A DNA stretch of 32,000 nucleotides from an uncultured archaeon. Lineage in GTDB: Archaea; Asgardarchaeota; Thorarchaeia; Thorarchaeales; Thorarchaeaceae. Under the pieces are notes generated by a model. The model had not been told where the DNA came from. It did not search any database and saw nothing but the letters and a program-made list of their open reading frames with translations. Positions 27,101-32,000 of this stretch are shown piece by piece. Each line of letters starts with the position of its first letter. The stretch's first letter is position 1. The DNA lies in assembly GCA_964648855.1 (NCBI GenBank), contig CAZYLT010000001.1:270001-302000 (forward strand), in the 5' to 3' direction. Made by a program: the position numbers and the translations under genes.

Positions 27101-28794
27101 TGATGAACATGGTACAGAGAACTGAAGCAAAGCCTACTTCTGAAGATGAGGATGTGCCTTTTGTTGAGGAGGCATATTTTACAGGAGCCAGGATTGGAGA
27201 GGCTATAGACTGGTGCATTGAACGAAAGGATAGAGAATTACATTGCAAGGTAGAGGGCAAACTGAATTCAAGAAACAAAGATGTGGAATTCAGTGGAAGA
27301 ATTCTCACGGTAAAAAAGGGACTCATCTCAAGGAAGATTGTAGCTATTATCGATGAAGGCATGCAAAAGACACGAAGAGATGAACTAGATGCAGTGGTGA
27401 CGGTGGGAGGAAACACCAGTTCCCAGGAAGACATAGCTGCCAGCCAAATTACCGTTCAGAACTATCTAAGAAGAGATATGTCTGGAGACCTCTATTACGA
27501 CGGTCGTGACTTACAGCAGGCTGTCAAAGACGCCACAAAGATGCAGAAAAATCGGCAGATATCTTGCACTGTTTGGGGCAAGAGGATGTCAGATAAGCTA
27601 CGCATGACAATCAAGGGGAATCTAGTAGGCTCAGCGGCGTCCCCAGCACCCATCCTGCCAGAAGGTTTTCTTGAGGTGCGCGTAGAGCCAGAGGATTCTG
27701 TTGGAAGTCCAAAGATTTTCACAGTTGTCCAACCACAATTGATTATCGGTCCGCGTACAGATACCAATCTTACCGTTATTGCGGATAAGGTGTATATTCA
27801 GCCGTTTTCTTGGATTGAAGCACCAGCCTACAGAAATGTGATTGAGGCAAGAAATCTGACTGTGAAGGTAAGAAGCGGCAAAAAGATCATCGAGAATGTG
27901 TCCTTTTCAATCAAAGAAGGGGAGATGCTTGCAGTCATAGGAGAGTCTGGTGCGGGAAAATCCACGACTATCAAAGCTTTGATAGGAGATATACCGAGCA
28001 CAGGAGTGGCTCGAATTGCGGGAATTGATTCAAGGAATGCTCAGAAAGTACGCTACTTCTTCGGTTATTGCCCACAGGACCTCTCATACATGTATGATAC
28101 CTTCACCCCTCTTGAAAATATCATTGCCTTTGGGAAACAATACGACATAGCAGAATGGCAGTTGATTCAAGAGGGAAAGACACTACTCCGTGACTTTGGC
28201 ATTTTGGAGAAAGGTAACAGCCCAGTGAAGGAGCTGAGTGGTGGACAACAACGAAGAGTTTCAATTGCCATAGCTCTGGTTCACCGTCCGAAAGTACTGT
28301 TGATGGATGAACCAACCTCAGGTCTTGACCCAGACAATAGGAACGAGCTTTGGCAGTTTCTTGATTATATCAACCAAGAATATGGCACATCAATGGTTGT
28401 AATCACACACTATCCAATAGAAGCAGAGTTCTGTGACAAGGTAGCAGTGTTCATGCGTGGCAAGAGCCTCGTGGCATTTGGCACGCCAGCCAAGCTGAAA
28501 ACCTCAATGCCAAATAGAGGATTCTCAGTAGGTATCGTTCTAGAAGAAGTAGACCCCCGAGCACGACCCACCCTTGAAGAGGTTGAGGGAGTTAGTTTCG
28601 TGCTCCAAAGAGGAGAATTAGTCAAGGTCTTCACTGAGGAACCTCTTCAAATCATTGCCGAAAGATGTGTAGAAGCCCTTTCTTCAAAAGATATTGAAGT
28701 GAAGATTGTAAAGACAAAGGCGGTGGCTGATATGGTTGACTATTACATAGCCGTAACAAGGGGTCTGATCACCGGCACCATAGAGAAATCATAG
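27100..28794 (+). CDS. ABC transporter ATP-binding protein with long N-terminal extension
   Basis: Walker A GESGAGKS, Q-loop YCPQ, signature LSGGQ, Walker B LLMDEP and H-loop ITH. Confidence 0.92.
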   Translation: MMNMVQRTEAKPTSEDEDVPFVEEAYFTGARIGEAIDWCIERKDRELHCKVEGKLNSRNKDVEFSGRILTVKKGLISRKIVAIIDEGMQKTRRDELDAVVTVGGNTSSQEDIAASQITVQNYLRRDMSGDLYYDGRDLQQAVKDATKMQKNRQISCTVWGKRMSDKLRMTIKGNLVGSAASPAPILPEGFLEVRVEPEDSVGSPKIFTVVQPQLIIGPRTDTNLTVIADKVYIQPFSWIEAPAYRNVIEARNLTVKVRSGKKIIENVSFSIKEGEMLAVIGESGAGKSTTIKALIGDIPSTGVARIAGIDSRNAQKVRYFFGYCPQDLSYMYDTFTPLENIIAFGKQYDIAEWQLIQEGKTLLRDFGILEKGNSPVKELSGGQQRRVSIAIALVHRPKVLLMDEPTSGLDPDNRNELWQFLDYINQEYGTSMVVITHYPIEAEFCDKVAVFMRGKSLVAFGTPAKLKTSMPNRGFSVGIVLEEVDPRARPTLEEVEGVSFVLQRGELVKVFTEEPLQIIAERCVEALSSKDIEVKIVKTKAVADMVDYYIAVTRGLITGTIEKS

Positions 28795-28815
28795 GTCTAG
28801 GGAGGAGGAAAAGGA

Positions 28816-31800
28816 TTGAGCACACAAAAACGGGTAGCAGTTCTCTTACTACTTGTATTTGCTATGAGTTTGATTGCGCCCATACACTCAGTCCCCATTG
28901 AAGAAAACCCACCTAATCAACCGAATAAAATCGACCAGAGATTATTGAACATTACATCAAAAAGTGAGCCAGTGGACACGCTAGTGCGATATGATCCAGA
29001 TATGGCTGAATACCAGGTAAGGAATGCCATATCGTTGATTGATGCATATGCTGAGATTCCGGAAACCTTTCAAGAATTGAGCATGATACGCGTTAAATTG
29101 GCAGGAAAGGCACTCTCAGATTTGGCTGAACTAGACTACATTCGTAAGATATGGACAAATGAAATGCTTAGGCTAAATCCTCTAAACTTCACCCGATCCC
29201 AATCAGCTGAAGACTATGTATCACCAGTCGATCTTATCGGAGCCAGAGACCTTTGGGAGAAGGGCTACAACGGTTCAGGCTCGGTCATTGCTGTACTCGA
29301 TACAGGTATTGACTTCACACATCCAGACCTTGATGATTTTGACAATTACTCGGGCAATGCACTAGGATCCAAGGTTACCGCATTTGCCTCCTTTGTTGAA
29401 GCTGACTCTCTTCCATTCGACCTCATTGGGCATGGGACGTATGCGGCTTCCATCGTAGCTGGTACAGGGAACAAATCTGACGGCATATATACTGGGATAG
29501 CACCGGGTGCAACTCTTCTTTCAGCAAAGGTCACATTGGGTGGTCTATTCGCTTTGCCAAGTTGGATTGTTTCTGGCATTGAATGGGCAGCTAGTAGAGG
29601 GGCCGATGTGATTCTCATGCCCTTCAACACATTTGGTGCTCCAGGAGATGCTGTTTCTGAGGCAGTCAAAATTGCAGTTGAACGGGGTATGTTCGTCGTA
29701 GCTGCCGCAGGAGATGATGGTCCTGATTATCTCACCATATTGTCGCCCGGAGGTACAGCAGAATGCTTCACAGTCGGAGCCTATGATTCTGAACTCGATA
29801 TCGTGCCTGATTTTTCAGGAAGAGGACCCTCTCTAGGACTCATGACAAAGCCTGACCTAGTTGCGCCGGGAGTTGGAGTGGTTGGGGCGAAGCCAGGAGC
29901 TGCTCTTGCCGAGGCAGGATTTACCGGGTTCGACCTGCAGGATTTGGGGGGATTATCTGCATTGCTAGGAGGTCAACTGGGAGAGAGCGTAAACGAATAC
30001 TACGTAAGGGGGGACACAACAGCAGCAAGTGCAGCAATTGTAGCAGGATCTGCAGCGCTGTTAATGGAGGCATTCGATAGAGCAACTCCAATAGTTATTG
30101 GAAATACTTTGCGTGATACAGCAACACCTTTGAAATATGGTGCCAATGACGCTGGCGCGGGGCTGCTCAATCTTCCAGCAGCCTTTGATGAGTTAAGCAG
30201 AAACCAGAAACCAATTTCGCTGCACAATAGAACAACGGGAGTGCCCCTTCTAGCCTTTGGCCTTCTGACAACTTCAGGGCTGGATGCAGAAACAACGCTA
30301 TTGATGAGTAGTTTTGGAACCAGTGTTGTAGCTCTAGACGAGAGAGATAACCAAGAGAGCTCTATTCACTTATTGATGGGAATGTTCTCAATAAAATGGA
30401 ATGACCTTGAGCCAATGAACCTGATGAATTTCAACGTAAAGAGAGAGTTACATCAAGTTGCTATAGAGTCGGAGCAGAGCAACTACAATAGATGGATAGG
30501 TGTTCTTTCTTACAATGAACAGGTCTATTTGACCTTACTAGTGGAATCGTATAATTTGACTCTCTTCGAGGACACCCCAATTACAGCCTTCAAGATTACC
30601 CCCCATATCTTGAATCTTGGTATGAACCCTATTTACAACGTGAGTCTTTATCTTGATTGCTCGCTTGATCTGTTTCTGGACGGCCGTGATGATTATGGAA
30701 GGTACGCTCTGGGAAATCAACAGCTATTTGCATATGGAATTTCAGAGGATAATCGCAATTTCTACTTTGGTATGAACTCCAGCAAGCCGCTCTCCGCTTT
30801 TGAAGTTGGCAACTCTTCAGAAGTGTCTGACCATGTGTCATCAGACAACCTCACGGGAAATACACAATTCTATGGGGAAGTCGGCCTTGGCATGAAGTGG
30901 GACTTTGGTACATTGGACCTAAATGAATTGGCTAATGTGACAGTTTCGCTTGGATTCGGTGCAAATCGAACCACACTTGATGCATCAATCAGGAGAATGT
31001 GGGAACTTGAGCCATCAGCCACATTCTCACAGCGTGGAGACCTCCTTGTCGTTGAAGCAGACATTCCCCGAACAGCTCAATCCGGCCAGAATTATCAATC
31101 ACGTGCTGTCATTATGAACATCGGGGTAGAGAGTAGTGAGGCAGTGGCAATTCTAGCTATTGCGAATGGCTCACAGCAAGAAGGGGCAGCCTTTACACGA
31201 TATTTTTCATTTGATGAAATCGAACCTTTTAATGCTAGAGTCATAACGACCGAATGGAGCCCTGAAGAAAAAGGAATACACACGGCTGCGTGGGCGGTGG
31301 CAACTGGATTCGAATTTGCATTGCAACTTGTTGCAAGTCCTGCCGAGACGCTTTCAACAAGTGGAGTGAGTCTCTTGGACGACTTTCTTCTAAGAGACCT
31401 CTTTGTGATAACGCCGATTCAGTCAACATCGATTTTTCCAAAAGAAGTGCCATCTGGACCATTTGATTTGCGTTTTCCAATAGACTTCGGACTCTATTAC
31501 TTCAGTCTGTCAACAACCGTGAGTTTGGGAAATCTAACAGTAGAGAAATTTGGCAATGCTGCTGATTGGGGAAACATCACGCTCCCAGCATCTGAGAATG
31601 TGGATGGATTTTACAACTTCTCCCTATTCACCTTAGTACCGCCAATCACAGTTGACGGATATCACAGATGTGACTACGTAGTAAATTCCGAATTTGGATG
31701 GACAATGAATCTCACTTTGGAGAGTGATTTGGAATATCCTCGCGCAATGATGCTGCTTGATACATCTCATGGAGGTGGCTTTAGTGCGTTTGGCGATTTC

Positions 31801-32000
31801 GGAGGCGGTATGTCTATAGATATTGGAGGCGACGGGGGAGGAGGGTTGCCAAGTTTCGCCCTAGCGCAGGAAACGGAGCAAGAGGAAGGGCTGGACTTCG
31901 AATTTGGGATAGGAGATATTGATTCGATAGGTTCCCTGACAGATATGCTGGAGGACTTTAGACTCACCACGTTCTCAGGCTTATCTAATATGAAGAGGCA
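28816..32000 (+). CDS. Large secreted subtilisin-family (S8) protein, partial; catalytic Ser absent
   Basis: GGAGGAGG RBS, TTG start and signal peptide. Motifs VIAVLDTGID (Asp 29299), GHGT (His 29431), FSGRGP and KPDLVAPG. The frame appears open to the window end (>1000 aa), which is why the ORF track omits it. Confidence 0.85.
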   Translation, partial: MSTQKRVAVLLLLVFAMSLIAPIHSVPIEENPPNQPNKIDQRLLNITSKSEPVDTLVRYDPDMAEYQVRNAISLIDAYAEIPETFQELSMIRVKLAGKALSDLAELDYIRKIWTNEMLRLNPLNFTRSQSAEDYVSPVDLIGARDLWEKGYNGSGSVIAVLDTGIDFTHPDLDDFDNYSGNALGSKVTAFASFVEADSLPFDLIGHGTYAASIVAGTGNKSDGIYTGIAPGATLLSAKVTLGGLFALPSWIVSGIEWAASRGADVILMPFNTFGAPGDAVSEAVKIAVERGMFVVAAAGDDGPDYLTILSPGGTAECFTVGAYDSELDIVPDFSGRGPSLGLMTKPDLVAPGVGVVGAKPGAALAEAGFTGFDLQDLGGLSALLGGQLGESVNEYYVRGDTTAASAAIVAGSAALLMEAFDRATPIVIGNTLRDTATPLKYGANDAGAGLLNLPAAFDELSRNQKPISLHNRTTGVPLLAFGLLTTSGLDAETTLLMSSFGTSVVALDERDNQESSIHLLMGMFSIKWNDLEPMNLMNFNVKRELHQVAIESEQSNYNRWIGVLSYNEQVYLTLLVESYNLTLFEDTPITAFKITPHILNLGMNPIYNVSLYLDCSLDLFLDGRDDYGRYALGNQQLFAYGISEDNRNFYFGMNSSKPLSAFEVGNSSEVSDHVSSDNLTGNTQFYGEVGLGMKWDFGTLDLNELANVTVSLGFGANRTTLDASIRRMWELEPSATFSQRGDLLVVEADIPRTAQSGQNYQSRAVIMNIGVESSEAVAILAIANGSQQEGAAFTRYFSFDEIEPFNARVITTEWSPEEKGIHTAAWAVATGFEFALQLVASPAETLSTSGVSLLDDFLLRDLFVITPIQSTSIFPKEVPSGPFDLRFPIDFGLYYFSLSTTVSLGNLTVEKFGNAADWGNITLPASENVDGFYNFSLFTLVPPITVDGYHRCDYVVNSEFGWTMNLTLESDLEYPRAMMLLDTSHGGGFSAFGDFGGGMSIDIGGDGGGGLPSFALAQETEQEEGLDFEFGIGDIDSIGSLTDMLEDFRLTTFSGLSNMKR

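Noticed and set aside
3231-31970. Numerous short antisense or alternate-frame ORFs in the track
   Set aside because: They lie within well-supported genes, including all minus-strand ORFs at 29346-31970 inside the S8 gene, and are shadow ORFs.
1-32000. CRISPR arrays, rRNA, canonical tRNA, transposases, integrases, Sec/Pyl readthrough
   Set aside because: I saw no regularly spaced repeats, rRNA/tRNA signatures, mobile-element genes or in-frame stop readthrough candidates.

Overview
Archaeal chromosomal window, most likely an Asgard archaeon of Thorarchaeia type. This assignment is inferred from a gelsolin-like protein, a longin-domain protein and a Vps62-like protein, together with archaeal TATA promoters and GGAGGT/AGGTG ribosome-binding sites. 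In order, the window holds: an AT-rich accessory patch with a secreted beta-rich protein and a divergent membrane-anchored protein; a ~420-nt highly structured intergenic RNA candidate; the 2-oxoacid:ferredoxin oxidoreductase gamma-delta-alpha-beta operon; a GDPD; a 4-Cys microprotein; an Lrp/AsnC ligand-binding protein; a gelsolin-like protein with a polyproline linker; galT-galK-GH38-Vps62-like; trpB2; nadB; a longin/PD-(D/E)xK-like fusion; pruA; an APC permease; a degenerate glycosidase-like protein; an ABC-2 exporter; and a very large secreted S8 protein that lacks its catalytic Ser and runs off the window end. The best leads are (1) the trpB2 upstream region, with four TGTACA-like boxes at exact 10-nt spacing, a Trp-containing 16-codon leader peptide and alternative anti-SD pairings, suggesting an attenuation-like system in an archaeon; (2) the unidentified large ncRNA at 2724-3145; and (3) the longin-nuclease-fold fusion. 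All calls come from motif reading by eye. No database searches or folding programs were run.
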